A stretch of 64,000 bases of DNA, taken from the NCBI GenBank assembly GCA_951406725.2, contig OX597814.1:160952001-161016000 (forward strand). The letters run 5' to 3'. The notes beneath the pieces are model-generated. The model did no database searches. It was not told where the DNA came from and was given only the letters and a program-made list of their open reading frames with translations. Made by a program: the position numbers and the translations under genes. The stretch's first letter is position 1. Each line of letters begins with the position of its first letter. Of the stretch, positions 1-12,700 are shown one piece after another. Source of the stretch: Octopus vulgaris. Lineage: Eukaryota.

Positions 1-2954
1 CTAACGCCAACCACTCCGAGAGTGTAGTGGGTGATTTTATGTGCCACCGACACAGTTTGACAGAATCTGGTGAGTCACAGGACTTTGTCAAGCTCCAGTG
101 TCAACTTTAGCATGGTTTCTGTGACTAGATGGCCTTCCTAACGCAAACCACTTTACAGTGCATTCTGGGTTCTTTTTTTCAGCACCACCAGCACCAGAGA
201 GATTGCCGAGTAACTTGCAAGACAGGGAAAGAAAAAGCTTTCTTGACCAAGTGAGGAAGGGTGTATTTGAGAGGGGGAGGTGGCTTTATGCTAAGCGTTA
301 AAAGGTTAAAGTATGATGGAAAGACCGGCACAGGTGTTTTCCTATAGAGGAGATACATGGCTATTCTGCATTATATAAGGGTAGATAGGACTGTCTCTAT
401 ACCCAGTCTTATGTTCAATAGGTTTGTTTATGGAACCCGAGCTAGGAAAAAGTGTAGGAAAATAATTAATCTCTCTAAAAGATTCCTCTTTTTATGCATG
501 TAGGGTTAGTTTTAACTTTTTTCTATGCCTTGTCTTTAATACAATAACTTTGTTAGGATTGAACCTCACTAGTTTCCCCTCACTTCTACAGAATATCGAT
601 CAGATCATTCAGTCTGTTGATATTCGAGCAATTTGTTGCTATAAAGAGAATTTTTGGCTGGTTCCTATTACATTAATCTATTTCAGAGATCTGCCTGGGT
701 AGTTTACTTTTCACTTATCATAGTTGTAATGATTTTTTAAAATATTTTAATTTTCTTTATTGTTTCTGTTAAATCCTCTTCAATGTTGGCTCTGGCTGTT
801 CTGTTTACGTTTTGTTTGTTTCTAAGGTGACAGCTTGAGGTTATAATTTTGTAGAGTGTTTCTATGGTAGGGGTGGAGGACTTCTGTGATCTTGATGTTT
901 TGGGATTTTTGTTCCTTTTCCTCTGTGTGTTTTTGATTTGCTGGTACTGTCTTCTTTGTTACTTGCATGGCAGGGTCTGTAGTATTTATGCTTTGTTTTG
1001 TGATATTTATTGTTTGTTATGATTGTATTTGTTGTGCTACTTTCTTTCTTTATTAAAAAAAAAACTTGTTTTGTATTTGGTATATTTATGAAGCTTTCAT
1101 TGGTTTGTGGTAGACTATTTTTTTTATCTCTGTTGTCAAATGTTTTATTTTCAATATGCATTCTGTCTATAAGTTTTTGCTTTTTTTGTTTTCAATTTTT
1201 TCAATCTTGTTCCTTGTTATAAATCTCTGTACAATCACAAGTGTATCTGCTGTAATATTTTTCTCACTTCCTTATTATTTTCCATTCATACTTACTATGT
1301 CTCTTTTATGATGCTTATGTGTGTTGGATATAGTAAGAGTGTAATAGGAATGTAACACTTCAATGCAATATTCACTGGTCTTGTGCTCTCTTTTAAATTT
1401 GTTTTTATTTTGGACACTAATTTTAAGAGACAAGCCTTTGTGTTTCAGAGTTCATCATTTGACAGAGAACAGCTTCTGAACAACATGTTATGAAATTCTA
1501 TCTTACATCCTAGTTTAGCTGGTATTATCTTATTGCTGATTGATCTACCCCTGGTCATAGTCGGTTTGCAATTACATCATAGAAGATCCATTTTAGCTAT
1601 TTAAAACACATAAATTCACTAAAATATGGCACTCCTTACTAAAATATATTTCACAAGGTTTCAACATTTTTGTCAAACAATAATAGCCTGGTCAATGACA
1701 CAGTTCTACTCATAGAATAAATTAAAAGGAAATTTAGTAGTTGTTATATTTTTAAATGACTGAAATAACTCTTCTATGATGTAATTGCTTTAATTTCAAA
1801 ATGTGGCCACAGATCAAGTTACATACTAGACAAATATAGTTCTGAAGTAGTTGATTTTCTTCTTTTTTTTATTTTGTTAATAGTGTAGCAGGTGCAAGTG
1901 TGGCTATGTGGTTAAGAAATTTGCTTCCCAACCACATGGTTTGGAGTTCAGTCCCACTGTGTGGAACCTCAGGCAAGTGTCTTCTACTATAGCCCTGGGA
2001 TGACCAAAGCATTGTGAATGGATTTGGTACACAGAAACTGAAAGAAGTCTGTCATATATATCTGTGTGTATATGCTTGTCTCCTTGTCTTGACACGGTGT
2101 GATAGTTATAAATGCATGTCCCTGTCCTACAAGTAGTGTAATTCATTTCCAATATTCTAAAAAAAAATGTGTCTGACCACAGGGAAATGTTACTGTGCTT
2201 GGCAAACACATAAGTGTTGGCAACAGAAAGGGCATACAGCCATAGAAAATCTGCCTCAGTAAACTTCATCGAATCCATTGCAAAAGTGTAGTGTGAAATA
2301 GTATATTTTGTGTTCAGTAATCACCTATAGTACATGTAACAGAAGTATCACTTGTACTTATTAGAGTTGTTCTATTTTGTTTTGTTTGTATCCAAAGCTT
2401 CATACTGTTTAGTTTTTGTTTGCCCCACATACTGACCTCATTTACACACACTGTGGTTCAGTGATGCATTTCATGTGATAATCATAATTAATGCATTAAT
2501 GTATCACTTGTACAGGGTGTCCCAAAAGTCACTGATGGATTTCAGTTTTTAATAACTTCCTTAACTTTACAAATAAACACAGTTGCTGCCATAGTCACTA
2601 CACATTCTGGGGCTCATTTCTGAGACAGGCAGCTGTTATCCTGATTTTGTGGAGGAAAATGGTAGTGTTGGGTTTGAGAACACCTGAAGTCTCAATGGTG
2701 ACCAGCAGAAATTGACAGCAGCTGGTCAGGCCCCTCTATTTATTTTTCTCTCCACTGCATTACAGATGGTGATACCTGGGTTTGCAGTCAATGCAGCAAG
2801 GTTTTGTTTTTTATCTTTTACCAAATTTATTTCAGATTTTATGAAGAGCTAAGCTTATATCTGTCCATGGTGTTATCCCACACTGGCAAGAACTATTCAA
2901 TTTTGTGTGTAAATACCACTTTATGTTACCTGTCTGTTGTTAATAAAAGATGTA

Positions 2955-3890
2955 AGTTGGTAGAATTGTTACTGCTCTGGACAAAATGCATTGGTGCATT
3001 TCTTCTAACTTTACATTCTGAGTTCAAATTTCACCCAGGTGCCTTTCATCCTTTAGTGGGTTGGTAAAATAAGTACCAGTTGTCCACAGGGGGCAATATA
3101 ATCAACTAGCCCCCTCCCTCAAAGTTTTAGGCCTTGTACCTGTAAAAGAAAGGATTGTTATTATGAAGGTGACTAGCTGGCAGAATCATTAGTGTGTCAA
3201 AGTGCTTAGTGGCATTTCTTTGTTTTTTTTTACATTTTGGGATCAAATACTGTTGAGGTCAATGTTGTTTTTCATTTTTGGGGAGCCAGTAACATAAAGT
3301 GCTAGTCAAGTACAGGGGATGGATGTGATCAACTACTACCCCTTCTCCTAAAACATCTGGCGATGTGCCAAAATTTGGAAGAATTGTTATTAATGGAGTG
3401 AGCTGGCAGTATCAATAAGCACATCAGACAAAATGCTTAGCGACATTTTTTACTACCTCTTTACATTTTGAGTTCAACTACCACCACAGTCAACTTTGCA
3501 ATTCATCCTTTTAGGGTTACTAAAGTTCCAGTCATGTACTGGGGTCAATGTAATCAGCTAACTCCATTTAGAAAGAATTGTTGTTGTTGCTGTTGTGTTG
3601 TTACAAAGATGATGATTTGTCAGAATTGTTAGCTTTGCAGTACTTTTTCTGACCCTTTATTTCTTGGGTTCAAATCTAGCCAAGGTCAACTTTGCTTTGT
3701 ATCCATCAGGGGTTGAAATTGATTTGACTAATTCCTCTCTTCAAATTTCAGACCATTTGCCTGTTCTAGCAACAATATCCTTTGCATTCCAAGTTCATAT
3801 CTTGTTGTAATTGACTTTGCTTTTTATCTTTGTAAGGTTGATAAAATACTAAATAACTACATACCAAATACTGAGGTTGATATATTTAAT
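2955..3890 (+). repeat. Head-to-tail array of ~5 diverged family-B SINEs
   Basis: Repeated gctggcagaat..ttag..ctgagttcaaat..gtcaactttgc.tttcatcc..gtaccagt units. Confidence 0.75.
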
Positions 3891-5113
3891 TATACAGGAA
3901 ACAGGTGAAGGTTGGTAACTGGCAGGGCATCCAACCATTGAAAATCTGCCTCCACAAATTCTGTCTAACCCATGCAAGCATGGAAAAGTGGACGTTAAAT
4001 GATGATTACTAGAAATTATTATCTTGCAGAGAATGCACAGTGTTGAGCAACAGAGATGTAATTAACAATAACTTGTGTGATAAGAAAATCACCTGATTTC
4101 AGTATGCAGTAGGTACTTTATGGCTGCATAACAGACTTGTATGATCATGTCTCTTGCAACAGCTGGGAACATTCCTGGCTGTGTGAGCCAGAGTGTAGCA
4201 CTATTGAAAGATAAAAAGTATACAAGTGGATCATTGGTGATAATTTCTATTCCATAGTTTTATTGGATGCAGTGTTTAAGATTTTCACCAAATTTCTAGC
4301 AAAGTGATTGACACTTGTTAGTATGGAGGTTGGAAAAGTGTAAGAACAACATGATCCTAAACACTTCTAAGCATGACACCTTCTACTTCATGTGTAACAT
4401 TATAGAGAAGGAAAGTAACAAAACCTAGCTTCAGTGGGACTCTGATTAATTTAGATCAATCAAAAATCTTTCAGTGTGGTTCATCATCGTCACTATTTGA
4501 TAGCTGTCCCCAAAACAGCATGTATCAGTCCTGTTTTCAGAAGCTGGATTAAACAGGCAGACTGAACCTCTTATTCAATCTGTCAAGTGTGTCCTCATCT
4601 TTTTTCTTTTTATATGTGCTAAATCTCAAGCTATTGCTGCAGAATCTGAGGTCCTTGTTATTCAAACTGAGACATGAGGAAAAGTGTTTTGGCATACACA
4701 GACAAGGTTACCAAAATGGTGTTGGATGCTATGGATGTGAAGGTAGTCAGCACCATACAAAGTATTAATGGGGAAATTAATATATGGAGTCGTTTCTGTA
4801 TGTATTTAGTCTTGCTGTGAAATTAATTCAATCAACTACTCTTTTGTGAAGGCATGTGGCCTAGTGGTTAGGCTGTTGCACTCATGATCACCAGGCCATG
4901 GGTTCAGTTGCCAGACATTGTGGTCTTGAGCAAACCACTTCAAATTTCTCCACTCCCCTTTTTTATCAGAGGGGAATGTTGGCCTGCTTGCCTAACCCAT
5001 GGGGTGGTGTCATTTGAAGGCTAAAACAATGCAAAAGCGCATTTATACCAAAAGAATTTTTTTTTTTTAAAATCAGTTATCTATTTCTCTGTTTCATTTA
5101 CAGGCTGTGGAAA

Positions 5114-5345
5114 ATGAATAAAGAACTTTTCAACCAACTGGCAGCTCGTGTGGCTGGCATTAAACACTTGAAGGTTAATTCCCATTTGAAAATAACTGTA
5201 TTTGGTGTATCCCTTGGAGTTGCACTTATAGGATTGCTCACATTGCTGTTACGGAAAAAGGAAAAGAAGAAAAGACCCTCAGATCGGAAGAGTACTCAAA
5301 CAAAATTATCACGTTCAAGAGCCGCTGTATCTGGTACAAATGGAG
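5114..5345 (+). CDS. MIGA: MIGA coding exon 1 (start codon, TM anchor)
   Basis: Acceptor ttacag ends 5103, ATG 5114, ITVFGVSLGVALIGLLTLLL-RKKEKKKR, donor GTAATC 5346. Confidence 0.85.
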
Positions 5346-7752
5346 GTAATCTTTATATATATATATATATATATTTTTTTCACTTGTTTCAGTCATTTTG
5401 ACTGTGGCCATGCTGGAGCACCGCCTTTAATCGAGCAACTCGACCCTGGGACTTATTCTTTGTAAGCCCAGTACTTATTAAATGATGATGATTTTATGTT
5501 CAAGCACCAGGTTTATATGAAAGGTATTTTACTAAATTCTTGATTATTTTCAAAATTAATTAAAACAAAAGTCTCACAGAAATGTGGTAGCAAAAAAATT
5601 TAACATTTTGGGTGAGTTTCTTTGCCAGAGAAATATTAAATGTACATTTTATCTTTCTCCAAGAAAGATCCCTACCTCACACCTTATCATCTTTTTGTAC
5701 TTATTATTTGCTGATGCAGACCACTATTTTTCTTGAATTCTACTGTTTCACTTTTTTTTTTCTCAGACGTCATCATAAATGGATAGAATACCTTGAGATC
5801 CCACCAAGGTCAGCTTTGTCTTTTGTCCTTTCAGGATTTCTCTTTTATTTTTTTCTCTTTTACTTGTTTCAGTCATTTGACTGTGGCCATGCTGGAGCAC
5901 CGCCTTTAGTCGAGCAAATCGGCCCCAAGACTTATTCTTTGTAAGCCCAGTACTTATTCTATCGGTCTCTTTTTGCCGAACCGCTAAGTGACGGGGACGT
6001 AAACACACCAGCATCAGTTGTCAAGCAATGCTAGGGGGACAAACACAGACACACAAACATACACACATATATATATATATATATATATACATACATACAT
6101 ACGACAGGCTTCTTTCAGTTTCCATCTACCAAATCCACTCACAAGGCATTGGTCGGCCCGGGGCTATAGCAGAAGACACTTGCCCAAGATGCCATGCAGT
6201 GGGACTGAACCCGGAACCATGTGGTTGGTTAGCAAGCTACTTACCACACAGCCACTCCTGCACCTATGTTTCACTTCTTTTTATTTTTTCTCAACATCAT
6301 CATAAATAGATAGAATACCTTTCAGGATTGATTAAAAAAAAAAGTACCAATCCAGTGAGGTGGATTGGTGGAACTATAAGAATGTCAGACCAGATGCCTT
6401 GCACTATTTGTTCTAGCTTTTTGCATTCTGAGTAAAATTATACCTTTGTGTCTCGAAAGTACCCTCACCAACCTTGCAACCCTAGACAGATAAGTAAGGC
6501 AAATCCTAGATACAAATGGCAGCACCAAATATATATTATAATTGTTAAGAATAGTATGTAGATTTAAGATTCTTTTATAAAGTTTTCTAAAATTTATGTT
6601 GAGCTAATATGATGTGTTGTAGCCTGTGATGGTGCACTATTAGCAATTGTTTTTTTTTATATTTTGAGGGAGCAAAAGGAATTTAAATATATTTGATTTC
6701 AGGAAGGGTCTAATAAAGAAGTGTTAATAAGACTTCTACAACCATTATCAGATGTAATTGTTTGCAAAAGAATGTGAAGCCAACTTAAATCAATTATTTT
6801 CTCATTTTTAAGGTTATTGTATAATCATCATCATTTGATGTCCACTCTCCATGCTGGCGTGGGTTAGACAATTTGACTGGAGTTGATGAGCCAGAGAACT
6901 GCACCAGGTTCTGTGGTTGGCACCATGTAGGCATGCTTTCTACAGCTGGATGCCCTTCCTAACGCCAACCACTCCAGGAGTGTAATGGGCGCTTTTACAT
7001 GCCTCCAGCATGGGTGCCATTTACATGACACCAGCAACCATTTACATGGCATTGGCAATGCCCATGACTACGATGCACAGGTGCCATTTACATGACACCA
7101 GCAATGATTACAACTGCAATTCACAAGTGCCATTTACATGGCACCATTAATGACCATGACTCAGACAAGCCATTTACATGGCACTACCAATGACCACAAT
7201 TCTTGGGTATCATTTACTTCCGCAGATTAAATGAAACATATATGCATACACGCACACACACACACACACACATTCTCATGTTTTGAGTTCTACTTTCCTC
7301 TCTGTATCACAAAATCTAGATATATATTTGTGCGTGTGAAGGCAGTTTCAAAAAACTTTAAGCAAACCACCTATCTTCTTTCTGGCAACTGACAAAAGTA
7401 AAGCCACTAAGTTGGTTAGCCGCAGGGTTTGCAGACCAATTGCACAACACATACAATCAAGTGGAGAATCATAGAAAAATCCATGTCATAGATAAATCCA
7501 TATTAATGGATCTAAGAATGATTGCATACTCTTTGTAGATCTAAGAATCCCACCATGCTACTTGAATACCAGATCTGAAGTTTTCTGCAATTACAAACAT
7601 GTGGACAAATTTCTTTTAGTGAACTGGAAGTTTATCACTCTCTCTGGATTGAGCAGCTATCTCCATTGAATAATTCTAAAACTAGCACTAATTTTTCTTT
7701 TTCCATTTTTATTCACCCTTCTACTTTTTGCAGCTTCCTTCTTTCCTTCCTT

Positions 7753-7806
<54 letters not shown>

Positions 7807-9728
7807 TGGGTGGAGCACTACCAGGATCTCTACTCACGGGAGACCACAGTGGCTGAGGCTGCAGTCGAGAGTGTCAAGATCTTGCCAGTCATGTGTGAAC
7901 TCGACAGTCCGCCATCTATAGCAGAGCTCACCAAGGCTGTTGACTCCCTAGCAAGAAATAAGGCTCCGGGAAAAGACGGCATCCCCTCAGAGATCATCAA
8001 AGCTGGCAAAAACACCATCCTGCTTCGGCACCTTCATGAGCTTCTGTGTCAGTGCTGGGAAGAGGGTACAGTCCCTCAGGATATGCGGGATGCCAACATC
8101 ATTACGCTCTACAAAAACAAAGGTGACCGTGGTGATTGTAACAATTACCGTGGTATATCCCTTCTAAGCACTGTTGGAAAGACCTTGCCCGCGTTATCCT
8201 GGCCAGGCTACAACTACTTGCTTCTCGAATCTATCCGGAATCGCAGTGTGGCTTTAGAAGAAGCAGATCAACTATCGATATGATATTCTCCATACGCCAA
8301 CTTCAGGAGAAGTCCAGAGAGCAGAAAATGCCATTATATATGGCCTTCATTGTTCTAACAAAGGCTTTTGACTCGGTAAGCAGAACAGGCCTCTTCCTCC
8401 TGCTCCAAAAAATCGGATGTCCACCAAAGCTGCTGAGGATCATCAAGTCTTTCCATGATGACATGCAAGGCACCATACAGCACAACGGTTCAACATCATT
8501 CCAAATAAAAAACGGGGTAAAGCAAGGCTGTGTCCTCGCTCCTACATTGTTTGGCATCTTCTTCTCACTCTTGCTGTCACATGCCTTTCAGACATCAGAT
8601 GATGGAGTGTTTCTGCACAGTAGAAGTGACGGGAAACTGTTCAATCTCTCGCGCCTGCGTGCCAAGACCAAAATCAGAAACGTCCTGATCAAGGAGATGT
8701 TATTTGCTGATGATGCCGCTCTGGTAACACACACAGAAGAAGCCCTCCAAAGGCTCATTAACTGTTTTGAGCAAGCATGTAACGACTTTGGCTTAGCTAT
8801 CAGCCTTAAGAAGACCAACATCATGGGCCAGGCTACATCGGACATCCCAAACATACATATTGGAGACCACAGATTACAAGAGGTGGAGAAGTTTACCTAT
8901 CTGGGCTCTACCGTCACCTACAACCTATCCCTTGACACTGAGCTCAATATACGCATTGGCAAGGCAGCTGCTGCGATGGCCCAACTCTCCAAACGGGCTT
9001 GGGACAACAATAAGCTGACCAAGACCACAAAAATGAAGATCTACCAGGCATGTGTACTCAGCACTCTACTGTATGGAAGCGAGACCTGGACGCTATACAC
9101 ACGCCAAGAGCGTCGCCTAAACATCTTTCACCTGCGCTGCCTCCGAAAAATCCTCCACATCAAATGGCAGAATCATATCCCCAACAAAGATGTCCTCAGG
9201 CAAGCAGGAATACCAAGCATGTTTGCACTCCTCACACAAAGACGTATGAGATGGCTTGGGCATGTTAGCCGTATGAAAGATGGCAGAATCCCCAAGGACA
9301 TACTCTACGGAGAGCTTGCTAGGGGTACTAGGTCTGTGGGTAGACCGATCTTGCGTTACAAGGATGTTTGCAAAAGGGATATGAAGGCCTGCAACATCAA
9401 CATTAGCGGTTGGGAGGCAGTCGCCGGCAACCGTGGAGAATGGCGACGTACAGTAAAAGAGGGTATACAGAGGAGTGACAGAAAGAGAGAGGAGAAATGG
9501 AAAGAAAGGAAGAGACATAAACAAGAGACCATGGCACTACAATCAGCCAGGAACAGTCTTCGCTACATTTGCAGTACCTGCCAGAGGGAGTGTTTGTCCA
9601 GGATAGGACTACACAGCCACAGCAAGAAATGTAACAGGAAATAAAATATAACAGCCGGACTAGACCTAGAAAAAAAAAAAAAAAATGCGCAACTCCATTG
9701 TCTCCCGAGACAGAAAGGATGCCAAACA

Positions 9729-9766
<38 letters not shown>

Positions 9767-12700
9767 ATATAAACGGCAGTTTGTCTGTGCGTGTTTCTGT
9801 GTGTCTGTTTTCTCGTACCCTCACTCTGACCACGGCTTTCAACCGATTCTGATGAAACTTGACACACACATAGCCCAATGTCATAATTCAAAACTAACGC
9901 AGCGAAAATTTTGAAAAGTTCCCCAGTTCTGAAAAAAATCGATAAATTCGACATGGGGTCGAGAATGAGAAACCCAAACCACAGACCGTCTAGGGGACCA
10001 ACTCCACCTGTTTTAACTCTCCAAAAAAATTTACCATCATTTTTTTCTATTTTTTGCTATAACTCTCTAAAAATGCTTTATAGTTATTTCCCTTACAAAC
10101 CTGAGCAACGCCGGGCGATACTGCTAGTATATATATATTTACAAGTTATATGTATATTACTGCAACTACAAAAATTATCTACTTAGACTTAGTTATGTAA
10201 TGACCATTTGGAAAATTTGAAAATATATTTATTTTAACAGATGTTGCCTGGTCTAAGAATTGTTCAAGTCCCACTTCAAGTCGCTCATTTATAAGAAATA
10301 AAGCTTTGTCTGTGTCTAATTCTAACTCAAGCTTGGCCTCGTCAACATCAACACTGACCCATTCTGTTGTAGAAACAACAGAATTTACAGCTGCACAGCT
10401 CTGCCAGTTAGGTAAGTAACATTGTATTGTCAGAGATTATGGAAGTGTAGTAGGTAAGTCATGTCTGGGTTTCACTGTTTCTTCATTGCTGTGTAAAACA
10501 TATAAGGATTGGAGGCTTCTACTATTAGTTTGCAACAGGTACAATGTCTCTCAAAACTGATAATACTTGGGGTTGCTCTTTCTAACAGGAATACTGTGGC
10601 CATTGTAGTTTATGCTCTCATACACCCTTAAGTGCCAACAGCATTAAGATGGTTTTTTTGAAATTCTCAACTATGGTCTCTTGCATAAAGAAGCCTGTGT
10701 GACACCAGTCTTAGTTGATCATGTTGATAACAGCACTTGACTGGTATTTAATTTATCTGCTTTGGAAGGATAAAAGGCAGATTAGATTCTTAAAAGCTAG
10801 GAAAAGTACTTCAAGTTATTTTGTTTGATGCATTACTTATTCTTCTAATCTACTGCTTTGGAAGCTTTCAAACAGAATAATTAATCACCATAAATTTTTG
10901 AGCAGTTCCTGCTTATCAACAACCATCATTTTCTGTCACAACCCAGTTCAAGACCTATTAAGCGAATACTGATGCTTTTACCAAAAGAATTGAGTGAAAT
11001 GAAATGAAAGGTCCCAAAGAGCATTAAGTGAAGTAAAATAATTCCAGTTGAAGAGAAACTGTTCCAGTTGAGATCCAAAACCAAATTTATGTGATAGATC
11101 CAATGTCATCCTTGACAGAATTAACTCATATCTGAGCTGTCAATCTGTAGCAAGTGATTGAGCCTCTTCATCCTGATGGATGTGAAGGGTGCCAGTGCAT
11201 AAGATAGCTCTTCAGGCCAAGGGTGGTATAGAAGAGCTTGGGCCATTTATCACAGGGGGTGCCTAATGTTTAGCCCACTTTAATACCACCACTTGGTTCT
11301 TGAGTATCTTTTAGCAGATTTCAATCTGCTACAAACAATCAGATTAAGTCTGAGAATTACTTGATATCTTCATGTGTTACTTCATATTTCAGCAATCCTT
11401 GAGTCACACTTTCTTCCTCCCTTTTCCCTACCAGTCTTGGAGGCTCTGTAAAAAGATCATGGCTGCTTCCACTTCAAGTTACTCGCTATATTCTGCAGTA
11501 ACAAACAATGAGGATTGCTTTTGGTTCTTTTTGTGACCTTTTAGTAGCAGTGCTGTCATTATTTATGACTGGTTTCTGTGATTAAACAAACTTAACGAAC
11601 ATAATTAAATGCTCTGTTTAATATACATCTTATATATACTACGATATGTAGTTCAGGTAAGTAAAATAGCTGTATTGATAGTGCTAACAGTTCATAGATT
11701 TTGCATTCACCATAGGAAATTTGTTATAGATATACTTGATATACTTAATTGTATGTACCTCAGTAGAACTAATTTTTGGAAACAGTAACCAGATGTTATA
11801 GGAATATTACCTGTGATAGACCATCCTTTCCAGGAGATATTTTCATCTTTTTAGCACAATGGCCTCACCTTGTAAGTCTTTGCAGTTAGTGACAGTAGCT
11901 TACTAGAAGAAATGTAAGTGAAGTACAGTAATAAAACATAAATGATTGATCTAGTAAAATTATATTTATCTTGGTGAAATTAATGATCTTGTTTTTTATT
12001 TTTATGTTTAATTGAAGGCCTAGTTTATTTCGTTTCTCATTGTATCCTTGATAAAATATTTTCAATATTTCTTTTTTTTCAATTAGACAATCAGGTAAAG
12101 AAATCACTTGTAGCTATATCTTCTATTGATATTTTTAAAGTTCTTTTCGTCATTATGGCACTTTCTTGACTATTCTTTCAATCTTACTATATATTACCTA
12201 ATTTCTAAGCATTGTTTGATATTATTTTTATCTGCCTATCTTCATTATTTGTCTAGCTTCATTGGTTCAAATACTTGTTTAAATATTTCTTTTTACAGGG
12301 CTTGAAAATTTAGACATGGCAATTTCACACTGGGAAGATGCTTTAGCTAAACTTTCCTTTCTAGATGCTGAAGATTCTTTGGACCAATTAGCTATTCCGG
12401 TATGTTTAACCAATTGCAGTAATGTTCTCGTACTAAAATAAATGAAAAAAAATTAGTTATGTCTTTAAAGTTTAATGATCAACATTTTATTCAGATGGTT
12501 TACACCTACAGTATTTATTGAATTGAATGCTTATTTGGTTTAGTTCTCTGTATGAAATATAATAGATGTAGGCAAGGATGTGTGGTAAGTAGTTTGCTTT
12601 TCAACCTCATAGTTCTGGGTTCAACCTCACTGTGTGACACCTTGGGTAAATAAGATTTTGTTGTTCGAATTTATCTGCACTAAATCTCTTATACTTCAAC

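Noticed and set aside
400-1450. Strand-biased region with ORF 862-1161, possibly an old retroelement ORF
   Set aside because: No recognisable motif and many stops; cannot be supported
1887-1990. tRNA-like sequences here and at other family-A heads
   Set aside because: SINE heads with A/B-box-like motifs, no full cloverleaf, continuing into SINE bodies
2511-2560. Mariner-like TIR start (TA cagggtgtcccaaaagtc) and hAT-like ends near 12820 and 15410
   Set aside because: No matching second terminus found; too fragmentary to call
7666-7804. N-terminal extension of ORF 7666-8283
   Set aside because: Read-through of host intron and (TA)n into the truncated RTE; not a real start
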